Under the pieces are notes generated by a model. It was not told the origin of the DNA and ran no database searches. It was given only the letters and a program-made list of their open reading frames with translations. A stretch of 64,000 nt of DNA from an uncultured Candidatus Saccharibacteria bacterium (GTDB lineage: Bacteria > Patescibacteriota > Minisyncoccia > UBA6257 > 2-01-FULL-56-20): NCBI GenBank assembly GCA_964409535.1, contig CAYPDQ010000001.1, positions 22,993 through 86,992 of the forward strand, given 5' to 3'. The translations under genes and the position numbers were made by a program. Below, piece after piece: positions 43,924 to 52,498 of this stretch. How positions within the stretch are numbered: position 1 is the stretch's first letter; the number at the start of each line of letters is the position of its first letter.

Positions 43924-46454
43924 TACTCTGCTTTTTGGAACTGGAAATTCTCGCCTGAAAAAACCAACCGGACTTTCTGCCCCCGGACAATGCCTTTCCT
44001 CAAAAGCGTCTCCGCCAAGGGCGCGCGAATTTGGTCATCTATCACCCGCCGCAGGGGCCGTGCGCCGAAAGCCGGGTTGTAGCCCAGTTTTGCGACTTGT
44101 TTGGTTGCGGATGGATCGACATCCAGGTAGATCCCCTGGTCCTCCAAGGCCTTGGCCAGGTCTTTGAGGTTGAGGAGCGCGATCTTCTCCACCTCGGGAG
44201 GCGTGAGGTCCCGGAAGACGATTATCTTGGAAAAGCGATTCAGGAGTTCCGGCTTGAAAACGTCGGTTAGCCGCGCCTTCAGGTACTCCGCGATCTGGCT
44301 CATATTCTGGCCCTGGCGTAGGGCGTCGTTTATGAGGTCGGAATGGGCGTTCGATGTGGCGATGATTATCGTGTTCGTGAAATCCACCGTCCGGCCGAGG
44401 TTGTCGGTCAGGCGCCCGTCGTCCAGAACCTGGAGGAAAAGATGGAGGATATCCGGGAATGCTTTTTCAAATTCGTCCAGGAGCACCAAGCTGTACGGCT
44501 TCTGGAGCACCGCATCGGTCAAGGCCCCGGAGATCGTTCCATCTGGAGAACCGATGAAGCGGTAGAAGCTCTGTTTGTCCTGATATTCGGTCATATCAAA
44601 ACGCACCATTGCCCCCTCCGAGCCGAACTGCACCCGGGCGAGTATCTTCGCGAGCTCCGTCTTGCCAACGCCGGTCGGGCCCACGAAAAGGAACCCGGCG
44701 ATCGGCCCGCCTTTGCGGGCGAGGCCGCTGCGATACTCCCGCAGAGCGTTCGCCACGGCCTTGACCGCTTCTTCCTGGTCTATCAGCCGCTCGTGAATGA
44801 TGTTTTCCAGGTTCAAGAGCTTTTCCGCTTCCGCGCCGGTCGCCTCGTGGATCGGGACATTGATCTTCTCCTCCGCCGCTTTTACAACCTCCTCTGGCCC
44901 CAGGAACTTCCCGCGCCCCTGGGCGACCGCGGCCAAGGCGCTTTTCAAAAGTTCCTCTGCGCTCGTCGGCAGGAACTTGTTCCTAAAATGTTTCTTCGCC
45001 AAACTCACCGCCATCTTCACCGCCCCGAAACTTATGAAAATCCCGGTGCGCGCCTCCAAAAGCAGGGCGTCGTAGATCAAAATTTTCTCCGCCTCCGACT
45101 CGGTCACCTCGTCCACCCGGATGACCTCAAAATTGGACGCGAAGTCGCTCCGCGGCTCTACGAACTGCTTGTATTCCCGCGGCCAAGTCGCGCCGATAAC
45201 CGGGAAAATGTTGCTCTTTAAAATAGGCATCAAGCCGTCCGCGGCGGAAAGGTACTCCGCGCCGGAGGTCTTGACCAGATTGTGAACATCCGGGATGTAG
45301 AGGATGACGTTCCCGGCCATAAATATCTCTTCCGCTATCGTCTGGATACGCTTTTGAACTTCTTCCGGCGAGGCGCCGGCGACAAGTTCTCCTAAGCGCA
45401 GCTCTACTAAGCGCCGGTCGAAAAGTTCCGGCGGAACGTTGTCTTTGGTGAGCTCCAGAGCCAAGTGCGCCACAAGCGTTTCCTTGCCTATCCCGGGTTC
45501 GCCGACTAAAAGCGCATTGGGATCCGTCGGCCTGGAAAGGGTCTCCACAAGCCGCCGGTATTCCGTTTCGTGCCCGACGAGAAACCCAACTTCGTACCTC
45601 CGGGCCGCGTCGGTGAGATCGGAGCTGAACCTGTCCAGGGTCAGGGTCGGACGACTGGTCCAGGCGCGGTTCATAACCCGATGGCGCAAGCCACGCTCGC
45701 CGCCCCGGACTACAGCGCTCAATGTATCCGGCAAGCGCCGCCACCAACCGGAGAATTGACGCCTGGCTCCGCCGAAAATCATCGCGTTCGCGATGTCGCC
45801 GGGCTTCAAAGAGAAAGTGCCGAAGATGCGCTTGACGAACGCGCAGCGCACATAAGGCAAGGCGGAGAAAAGATCGGCTACCTGTATGAATCTCTGCTTG
45901 TCTTCTAAAGCGTTACGCAATGCTTCTTTCATCAATGCCTGGAGTTCGCTTTGGGCCTCGTCCCGCCGGAAACCGCCGTTGCTTTTTCCGCTTTCCTCAA
46001 GCAGGTCTTCCAGTTTCTGCCTGAACTCCGGAAGCGGCACGTCCAAGCGACGCAACCCGTCCTTGACCTCTTTCGCGCCCAAGAGCTGCCTCACTACTTC
46101 CAGGAAAAAATCGCGATCCGTGACCGTTGCCCGGTCGTAAGCGTGCTCGATCACGGAAAAGGCCCGGGGGGTGATAAACCTTGCGAGATTCACTCTGCCG
46201 CTTTGGGGCAATTCGTGAAGCTCTCGATCGGCCTGATGTATGTGGACCACCCGGTCTATGAGAAATAGCGCGACAAGCACCCCCAGCCAGCTCAGCCAGT
46301 TAAGGTCGGAAACCAGGAAGGTAAAGCCGGCGGCAAGGAGGATGAGATAGCTCAAATAGCCCACGACTCGCGTGAGAAGCCGGCCGGGAAGAGTCATCCG
46401 CAGGCGCGGGTCGTCGAAATAGTATTCCGCCGGTTTAGAAACTCCTGAAGGCAT
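43923..46454 (-). CDS. ClpA/ClpB-family AAA+ ATPase with N-terminal transmembrane segments
   Basis: 843 aa with two AAA modules (GEPGIGKET... and GPTGVGKTELAK). Two hydrophobic helices near the N-terminus. The D1 Walker A is atypical (GKE rather than GKT). Confidence 0.75.
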   Translation of the reverse strand: MPSGVSKPAEYYFDDPRLRMTLPGRLLTRVVGYLSYLILLAAGFTFLVSDLNWLSWLGVLVALFLIDRVVHIHQADRELHELPQSGRVNLARFITPRAFSVIEHAYDRATVTDRDFFLEVVRQLLGAKEVKDGLRRLDVPLPEFRQKLEDLLEESGKSNGGFRRDEAQSELQALMKEALRNALEDKQRFIQVADLFSALPYVRCAFVKRIFGTFSLKPGDIANAMIFGGARRQFSGWWRRLPDTLSAVVRGGERGLRHRVMNRAWTSRPTLTLDRFSSDLTDAARRYEVGFLVGHETEYRRLVETLSRPTDPNALLVGEPGIGKETLVAHLALELTKDNVPPELFDRRLVELRLGELVAGASPEEVQKRIQTIAEEIFMAGNVILYIPDVHNLVKTSGAEYLSAADGLMPILKSNIFPVIGATWPREYKQFVEPRSDFASNFEVIRVDEVTESEAEKILIYDALLLEARTGIFISFGAVKMAVSLAKKHFRNKFLPTSAEELLKSALAAVAQGRGKFLGPEEVVKAAEEKINVPIHEATGAEAEKLLNLENIIHERLIDQEEAVKAVANALREYRSGLARKGGPIAGFLFVGPTGVGKTELAKILARVQFGSEGAMVRFDMTEYQDKQSFYRFIGSPDGTISGALTDAVLQKPYSLVLLDEFEKAFPDILHLFLQVLDDGRLTDNLGRTVDFTNTIIIATSNAHSDLINDALRQGQNMSQIAEYLKARLTDVFKPELLNRFSKIIVFRDLTPPEVEKIALLNLKDLAKALEDQGIYLDVDPSATKQVAKLGYNPAFGARPLRRVIDDQIRAPLAETLLRKGIVRGQKVRLVFSGENFQFQKAE

Positions 46455-46782
46455 AGAAGATCAAGATTGGAAGAACGAGTATCCAGACAAGATACGCTGC
46501 GGCGAAGATCGCCGCCCAAAAAAGATACACGCCTACACCGATGATTATCCGCACGGAGCGGAAAATTACGCCCAAGACCCGGCCGATCACGGAGTAGTCC
46601 TTGTACAGGGGTTGGAAGAAGTGTTTCAGAGTTATTTTCACTGCAAATGTCCGGTCCAGATATTCCAAAAGAGCGGTGAACGCATAAGCAAATCGCCGGG
46701 AAGCGTCCACGTACCAATGGTGAAAGAAGTCGGTCAGCCGGAAGAAAAACCGCCCGACAAGATATACCAGGGCAAAGTCCAT
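46435..46782 (-). CDS. Hypothetical membrane protein (2-3 TM)
   Basis: Start taken at ATG 46780-46782 (MDFALVY...), which lies inside the left TIR of a MITE copy. Confidence 0.35.
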   Translation of the reverse strand: MDFALVYLVGRFFFRLTDFFHHWYVDASRRFAYAFTALLEYLDRTFAVKITLKHFFQPLYKDYSVIGRVLGVIFRSVRIIIGVGVYLFWAAIFAAAYLVWILVLPILIFYAFRSF

Positions 46783-46899
46783 CCCGTTAGAGGCAGGAAA
46801 CTTTCGTTTCCGAAGGTTTTGCAAGCCGGTGCGACCACGGCTGTTTCTCCGCCCTGTGCACTATTACCCCACACACAAGCTTGCGGTCTCTAACGGGAT
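46780..46899. mobile_element. MITE-like, ORF-less derivative of the GIY-YIG TIR element
   Basis: CATCCCGTTAGAGGCAGGAAAC ... AAGCTTGCGGTCTCTAACGGGAT. Both ends are nearly identical to the ends at 32641 and 32921, with about 75 bp of unrelated interior. Confidence 0.55.
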
Positions 46900-46920
46900 C
46901 CATGCCTCAATTATACCCTC

Positions 46921-47541
46921 TTAGAACAATTTTGCCTGCGGCGGCGGTGGCTTTCTGGATTCAGCGACTGCCGGAGCTGCGGCGAGAAGCGCGTCCGCCT
47001 GCGTGAGTATCGCCGGCAGTTTCTTCACGCTGTCCAGAAACTGGTTCATCGCTTCCGTCCCGCGCAAGGCCGCCGCCGGATGAAGTACCGGCACGATGAG
47101 TCGCCCACCGGCCTTAAACACCTTCCCCTGGTCGCGAGTGATCTTCGCGGTCGGCAGGAAAAAATTCATCGCAAACCGGCCGAGGGCGACTATGACCTTG
47201 GGGTTTATTATTTCCACCTGTTTTGCAAGGTACGGCTTGTACACCTCAATTTCCTCCGGCAGAGGGTCGCGGTTGTCCGGCGGGCGGCGCTTCAAGATGT
47301 TCGTGATGTAAACGTCTTCCCGCTTCCAGCCGATGCTCTGGAGCGCCTGGTTCAAAAGCTGGCCGCCTCGGCCGACGAAGGGGCGCTTCTCCAGGTCTTC
47401 GTAGTAGCCCGGCGCTTCTCCGATGAACATCGCCTTGCAGTCCGGATTGCCCTCTCCGAAAACCAAATTGGTCGTAAGCGGGAGGGTTCTATCCGCCGCC
47501 ATTTCCGACTCCAAATTGCGCAAGGCCTCGCTTTTATTCAT
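46921..47541 (-). CDS. Uracil-DNA glycosylase, family 4
   Basis: GEAPG..E...G.PFVG..G.LL motif of UDG family 4; 206 aa. Confidence 0.8.
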   Translation of the reverse strand: MNKSEALRNLESEMAADRTLPLTTNLVFGEGNPDCKAMFIGEAPGYYEDLEKRPFVGRGGQLLNQALQSIGWKREDVYITNILKRRPPDNRDPLPEEIEVYKPYLAKQVEIINPKVIVALGRFAMNFFLPTAKITRDQGKVFKAGGRLIVPVLHPAAALRGTEAMNQFLDSVKKLPAILTQADALLAAAPAVAESRKPPPPQAKLF

Positions 47542-48007
47542 TTCGGCGCGCTCTCTTCTCTTGCGCCGTGACCGCGTGAATTTCCTCCGTGAGCCGGTTA
47601 TTGATCTTAATCAGGCGGTGGATCTCGTCCTCTAATTTCAAGATCGCTTCGGCGTCCTTGAAGGTTTGCTCCGCCTGTCTGTCGGAGGCGCGGCTCAACA
47701 CCTGTTGCCCTACCGCAAGAATTGGCAGGGCGAGGAGTTGAACTAGGTTGCTTAGAAAAAGCAGGAAGATGAACGGATACGGGTCCCGGCGGAAAATACC
47801 GATACCCGCCGATGCAAGAAGTATCCAGCCGAACATCCAGAGAACCAGGATGTAGAACGTCCACATGGAGCCGAACTTTTTCGCGACGAACGCCGCAATG
47901 CGACCGTTCAGACCCACACTCTCGTCGCTCGTCTTGCGCGGCCCTTCACTCTCCCGCTCACCTATCCGGGGATGGGGAGTATGTTTAAGCAAATTGCCGT
48001 CCATCAC
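47534..48007 (-). CDS. DUF1003-like membrane protein
   Basis: 157 aa with two TM and a C-terminal coiled coil. Confidence 0.4.
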   Translation of the reverse strand: MMDGNLLKHTPHPRIGERESEGPRKTSDESVGLNGRIAAFVAKKFGSMWTFYILVLWMFGWILLASAGIGIFRRDPYPFIFLLFLSNLVQLLALPILAVGQQVLSRASDRQAEQTFKDAEAILKLEDEIHRLIKINNRLTEEIHAVTAQEKRARRNE

Positions 48008-48370
48008 CTAAACAGTATACCAAAAGCCATCATATGTTTTTGTGTATCTTTACAACACGGCTCGAACTCATTTTATCCGAAATTCCTGACCAAAACCAGC
48101 TGCTCTGCCCCGCCGCGCCCGAGCCGCAAGCGAAGCCCCGCCGCTCTGTTCGTCCAGAACAGAGCCGAGCAGAAAAATTGCCTTCTCATTTTTTTGTTTT
48201 TTGCGCGCACCGATTTTTTCTTTTAGAAGGTAAGGCAATTTTTCTGCGAGGTAGTGCCACTTGGTGGCACAGCGGCGGGGTGGAGCGAATTGGATTTTTC
48301 AGGAATTTTTGCTAAAATAGTTTCTAACGTGGTTGTAAAGCCACACCACTACAAAACTGAACGGCTTTTT

Positions 48371-48409
48371 TGAGGCCAATTCGTGGGCGGCTCGCAGAGC
48401 CGCCCATTG
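48371..48409 (+). terminator. Terminator-like hairpin (10-bp perfect stem TGGGCGGCTC/GAGCCGCCCA, loop GCAG, then TTGATTTTG)
   Basis: Perfect inverted repeat followed by a T-rich tract, in the AT-rich noncoding region left of the recombinase. Confidence 0.3.
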
Positions 48410-48675
48410 ATTTTGCGGCGATGAATTCTCTCCGCTCGGCGGCCTGATGGTCGCCTCGCGATTGGCCAAAACGAGGTTCGCTCTTGTGCGATTTTAAATT
48501 CTGTCTTTTTTTGAATTTGCTTTGCCCAAAACAAAAAGAATTTTTGCTTTCTTTCTAAAAGTGATATACTGAAAATGCGCAAACTGAACGAGAATTCTTT
48601 TTTAATGGCCGTCCCAGACTTATCTAAGATTTCTTAGGTTTGCGCACTGGGGCGGTCATTTAAGTTTTAAAAATT

Positions 48676-50206
48676 ATGGAAAATATTTCACCGCAAAAAT
48701 TCTTTTTGTACGCCCGCAAGTCCACCGATGTTGAGGACAAACAAGTTTTGTCCATTGAGGCCCAACTAACAGAATTGCGCGCCTTTGCAAAAACAGAAGG
48801 GCTAAATGTCTTTGAGGAATTTGTGGAGAAGCAAAGCGCGAAAATTCCCGGCCGCCCCATTTTCAATTCCATGCTCAACCGGATTGAGAGAGGTGAAGCT
48901 AACGGCATAGTTTGTTGGAACCCCGACAGATTGGCGCGCAATTCTGTTGACGGTGGACGAATAATTTATCTTTTGGACTGCGGGCGTATTGTTGCGCTCA
49001 AGTTTCCAACGTTCTGGTACGAAAATACCGCGCAAGGAAAATTTATGCTCAATATCGCTTTTGGGTAAAGCAAATACTACATTGATTCACTTTCGGAAAA
49101 TGTAAAGCGTGGGTTGCGCCAAAAAGTAAGACGCGGAGAATATCCTGGCCTTGCGGCAGTGGGATATATCAATGACCCACGCACTAAAACTGTTGTGGTA
49201 GATAGAAAAAAATCAGTGGTAATTCGCAAGGCCTTTGAGTTATACGCGCAAAACGGCTCGCGCCTTGAAGATGTTTCAAATTTTTTGGCGCAACAAGGCA
49301 TTACCACGTCAGGCGACAAGAAGCTTCACCGAGACAGAATTTCTTTTATCCTTTCCAACCCTTTTTACTATGGACACTTTCGTTATGCCGGCGAAATTCA
49401 CGAAGGAAAGCACCAGCCAGTCATCTCAAAGAAAATTTTTGATAAAGTCCAAGAAGTTTTACGGCAAAGAGGAAGGTCGATGAAAGCCAAATGGGAGCCG
49501 CAAGCTCTGTGCGGGATTTTGAAATGCGGAACTTGCGGCATGAGCATTACCGGCGAATACAAGGTTAAGAAGCAGAAAAATGGCAATGTTCACGAGTATG
49601 TCTATTATCACTGCTCCAAACGCTCTAAAATTATGAAATGTCCCGAACCTTGTATTCGCCAAGAAGAACTGGACAACCAGCTTTCCTCTTTACTACAAAA
49701 ATTTTCTTTGAGAGCAGATTGGGCGGAACAAATGAACACGATGCTTGAAAAAGACAAAAAGGAATCCGCCCAATTCTGCACCGCTTTTGTTCAAGAAGCG
49801 AGCACCAAAATCCAAAGTATCAAAGTTAAGCTCCAGCGACTTTTAGACGGCTATCTTGAGCAAGTCATCGAGCAAGAAGTTTACAGAACAGAAAAAGCTA
49901 AACTTCTCTCCGAGAAAAAGTCGCTGGAGGAACAAATCACCAATCTTGAACAAAAGCGGACTGGCTGGTTAGAACCTATGGAGAATTGGATAAAAGAGGC
50001 AAGTTCCTTGCCTAAAATCGCACAAGAGAGCAACCTTTTTGCTAAAAAGGTTGCCTACCGAACTTTGTTCGGTTCGAACCTCATTCTGCACAACCGCGAG
50101 GCGCGGCTTGTCGCGCCGAGCAGAGAGGATTTGTCGGGGGAAAACGCTTGGGCGGCACTTCGTGCCGCCCATCAAATCGCTTCAAAAAAGCCTTTCAGTT
50201 TTGTAG
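48676..50206 (+). pseudogene. Large serine recombinase (resolvase catalytic domain, recombinase domain and zinc ribbon) interrupted by an in-frame TAA
   Basis: The N-terminal ORF (48676-49068) has the catalytic Ser motif YARKST and ends ...NIAFG-TAA. The same frame continues SKYYIDSLSENVKRGL... into the recombinase and Zn-ribbon domains (CGTCG...HCSKRSKIMKC). The frame then runs on through the tRNA with no natural stop. Confidence 0.65.
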
Positions 50207-50281
50207 TGGTGCCCCCGGCAGGAATCGAACCTGCATCACCTCCTTCGGAGGGAGATATCCTATCCATTGAACGACGAGGGC
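50207..50281 (-). tRNA. tRNA-Arg (anticodon CCG), CCA encoded
   Basis: The reverse complement is GCCCTCG-TC-GTTC-AATGGATA-GGAT-A-TCTCC-CTCCGAA-GGAGG-TGAT-GCAGG-TTCGATT-CCTGC-CGGGGGC-A-CCA. The T-loop TTCGATT is conserved and the anticodon loop reads CU-CCG-AA. Confidence 0.75.
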
Positions 50282-50298
50282 ATATCTCGTCTACTGCG

Positions 50299-51417
50299 CT
50301 AATTTACTACAAAGTAATAGACTTCGTAAACCGCGCCGAGGATGAAGACGAGTACCAGGAGATTGACCAGAAGCTTTTGGGCCGCGCTGAACGCAAGCGC
50401 ACGCTTACCCACGAGGAGGATCAGGAGGTACTCCAAGCCAAGGAACACGCCCCCGGCAAGACCGAGAACCTTCAAAAAATCGCCGAAGCCCGCGAGCAAG
50501 AGAAGAGGCGGCAAGAGAAACACCACCGCCGCAGCCAAAAGCCGCGAAGAGCCGAGGTCGTGAACCAGAGAGTTTCTTATCTCCAAGCCAATAGGGATGT
50601 AAGAAGTCCAGATAGCGAAAAACCCCAGAACCACGACCGACAGAAATTTCCACGCTGGCCACTCTCCCAGCCCGCTTACCGTGTCCGGCGTGACCGCAGA
50701 GATAGTTCCAAGTACACCCACGACGAAAAGAAGGTACAAGAAAGCAGCCGCGTAAATCCCTGCGGTCATTGCCCTGCGGGAACTCCCGGACGCCTGCCCC
50801 GCGCGTTTGCTGTAATCGAACGCGGGCTCCACCGCCGTCCAGGCGGCAAGCGAGAAAAGAACCGGGCCGAACGGCAGGAAAATCTCTTTCCAATTGATCG
50901 CCGCGAATCCCGTTAGAGAGTTTTTCTCTAATGGAACGAAAACGCCGAAGAAAACCAAGCCGATTATAAGCGCCATCATCACTGCGCCGAGGAATTCGGA
51001 GAACAAAAGCCGCCGCAGGCCCAAGAGAATGGGGAGTGAACCTGCAAGCCAGAAGAGGAACGTTCCCAAAGTTCTCGTGCCGGGACGGAGGAGTTCGGAA
51101 AATTCCCCGGCGAGTATAAGATAAGTGACGAGCGCCAAGGTCAGGCCTCCGATTATGACCACAACTCCGAAAATCCTCCCGCCAGTCCCAAAATATCTCG
51201 CCGTGAGTCCCAGAAGGCGCTTACTCCCGCCATCCGCCTCCAAAACCCGATAGTACAGGGAGTGGGCGAAGGACAAGAAAAATGCGATTACCGTGAGGTA
51301 CAAGACGCCAAGGAGCCAGCCCGACCGGAGAAACACGTAGGGTAAGGAAAAAAGACCTGCGCCAACCGCGGTCGCTGCGACCAGCACCGCTATCCACACG
51401 AAACGTCCTACTTTCAT
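50299..51417 (-). CDS. APC-superfamily-like amino-acid permease (10-11 TM)
   Basis: 372 aa, polytopic. Contains an in-frame copy of the TIR motif (PLEKNSLTGF) at 50906-50936. Confidence 0.45.
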   Translation of the reverse strand: MKVGRFVWIAVLVAATAVGAGLFSLPYVFLRSGWLLGVLYLTVIAFFLSFAHSLYYRVLEADGGSKRLLGLTARYFGTGGRIFGVVVIIGGLTLALVTYLILAGEFSELLRPGTRTLGTFLFWLAGSLPILLGLRRLLFSEFLGAVMMALIIGLVFFGVFVPLEKNSLTGFAAINWKEIFLPFGPVLFSLAAWTAVEPAFDYSKRAGQASGSSRRAMTAGIYAAAFLYLLFVVGVLGTISAVTPDTVSGLGEWPAWKFLSVVVLGFFAIWTSYIPIGLEIRNSLVHDLGSSRLLAAAVVFLLPPLLLLAGFGDFLKVLGLAGGVFLGLEYLLILLVGKRALAFSAAQKLLVNLLVLVFILGAVYEVYYFVVN

Positions 51418-51437
51418 CAGTAACTTTCGCTTCGTAA

Positions 51438-51512
51438 ATCCCGTTAGAGGCAGCCCGCCCTAAAGGCCCCTCCGGGGCGCGCTTGCGCGCGGGCTCGGCC
51501 TCTAAACGGGAT
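51438..51512. mobile_element. MITE-like copy of the TIR element (75 bp)
   Basis: ATCCCGTTAGAGGC ... GCCTCTAAACGGGAT flanking a GC-rich palindromic interior. Confidence 0.45.
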
Positions 51513-51762
51513 AAACCTTGTCGCCTTGCCGGACCTTTTCCCGGACTTTTATCCCGACCTCCTGGCCCTTTTTGGCCTTGTCTGCCGGCTTGTGGTCGTA
51601 CTGCATGGAGGAGATCTTATCTTCAAAATCGGTGGTCGCGCCGCGGAAGCGGACCTTGGTTCCGGTCTCAACCGGTTTCGTGAACCTGACTATCGCCACT
51701 TCCAGATGGCTGTAGTAGTGGGTCACTTCGCCGATGGGTTCTGGCTCCGAGTTTTTAGGCAT
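51502..51762 (-). CDS. Hypothetical small protein (beta-barrel-like)
   Basis: 86 aa, no confident family. Confidence 0.3.
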   Translation of the reverse strand: MPKNSEPEPIGEVTHYYSHLEVAIVRFTKPVETGTKVRFRGATTDFEDKISSMQYDHKPADKAKKGQEVGIKVREKVRQGDKVYPV

Positions 51763-51807
51763 AAAAATATTTTGAGTATCGACCTTTTGTTTATATGTTT
51801 AAACATT

Positions 51808-52404
51808 TCATAGTTCTCTCTCCTCCGCTTCAATCATTTTCACCAACTTATCCAAGAGCTTGGCCGGGTCGGTGTCAAAGACGACCTTGCCCGTGCCGCG
51901 GCCAGCGCGCTCAATTATCTCCGGGATAAGGTCGGTGGTGCCGCCGGTGCCCAAAAGCACCCCTTGCGGCTTCTGGTCCTCGAACGCATCGGTGAATTCG
52001 TTCAAGGTCCCGATCCTGCCACCGACAGTCACGACCGCATCCGCCGCACGGGTGAGAAGCAGGTTCCGGCCGGAGTAGCCGAAGCCGGTGTAGACGATGA
52101 GGTCGTGATAGTCCAAGGGCAGGCGGTAGGTCTTGACGTGCTGGATCTTGGAGTAGGCCGGGGAGAAGCCGATGACGATCCCCCGGGCTTTCTTCGCCCC
52201 CTTCGCCGCCCAGTATGGCGCGCCGGTCGTCGCTCCGGTCACGAGCACCATATCCCGCTCTGCGACGAGTTGCCCAAGCATCTCCGTTTTCTCCAACATC
52301 TCCGGCGGGAACTTGTCGGTAGAAGCAGTGCCGGAAATACAGATCTTATATTTGAGATATGAAAGGTCGCTGGCGTGTTCGTGGTTATGATTGTGGTTAG
52401 ACAT
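51808..52404 (-). CDS. LOG-family / TIGR00725-like Rossmann-fold nucleotide-binding protein
   Basis: GGRIGTLNEF corresponds to the LOG PGGxGTxxE signature. His-rich N-terminus. Confidence 0.55.
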   Translation of the reverse strand: MSNHNHNHEHASDLSYLKYKICISGTASTDKFPPEMLEKTEMLGQLVAERDMVLVTGATTGAPYWAAKGAKKARGIVIGFSPAYSKIQHVKTYRLPLDYHDLIVYTGFGYSGRNLLLTRAADAVVTVGGRIGTLNEFTDAFEDQKPQGVLLGTGGTTDLIPEIIERAGRGTGKVVFDTDPAKLLDKLVKMIEAEEREL

Positions 52405-52498
52405 GAGTTAAAAGTTTAAAAATCAAAATGCAAAGTTTAGGAATCGTTCCGCTTTGCGGAACTCGTTAATTTTTAACTTTGATATTTTCATTTTACAT

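Noticed and set aside
48676-49068. In-frame TAA in the recombinase as evidence of stop-codon reassignment
   Set aside because: No other gene in the window needs TAA read-through. TAA terminates many clearly complete genes here, for example rpmI and the GIY-YIG ORF. A pseudogene or sequencing error is far more parsimonious.
49114-50916. 600-aa ORF extending beyond the recombinase through the tRNA-Arg and into the permease gene
   Set aside because: Only the first roughly 365 aa resemble a serine recombinase. The remainder is read-through across an oppositely oriented tRNA and an antisense permease, so it is a spurious extension.
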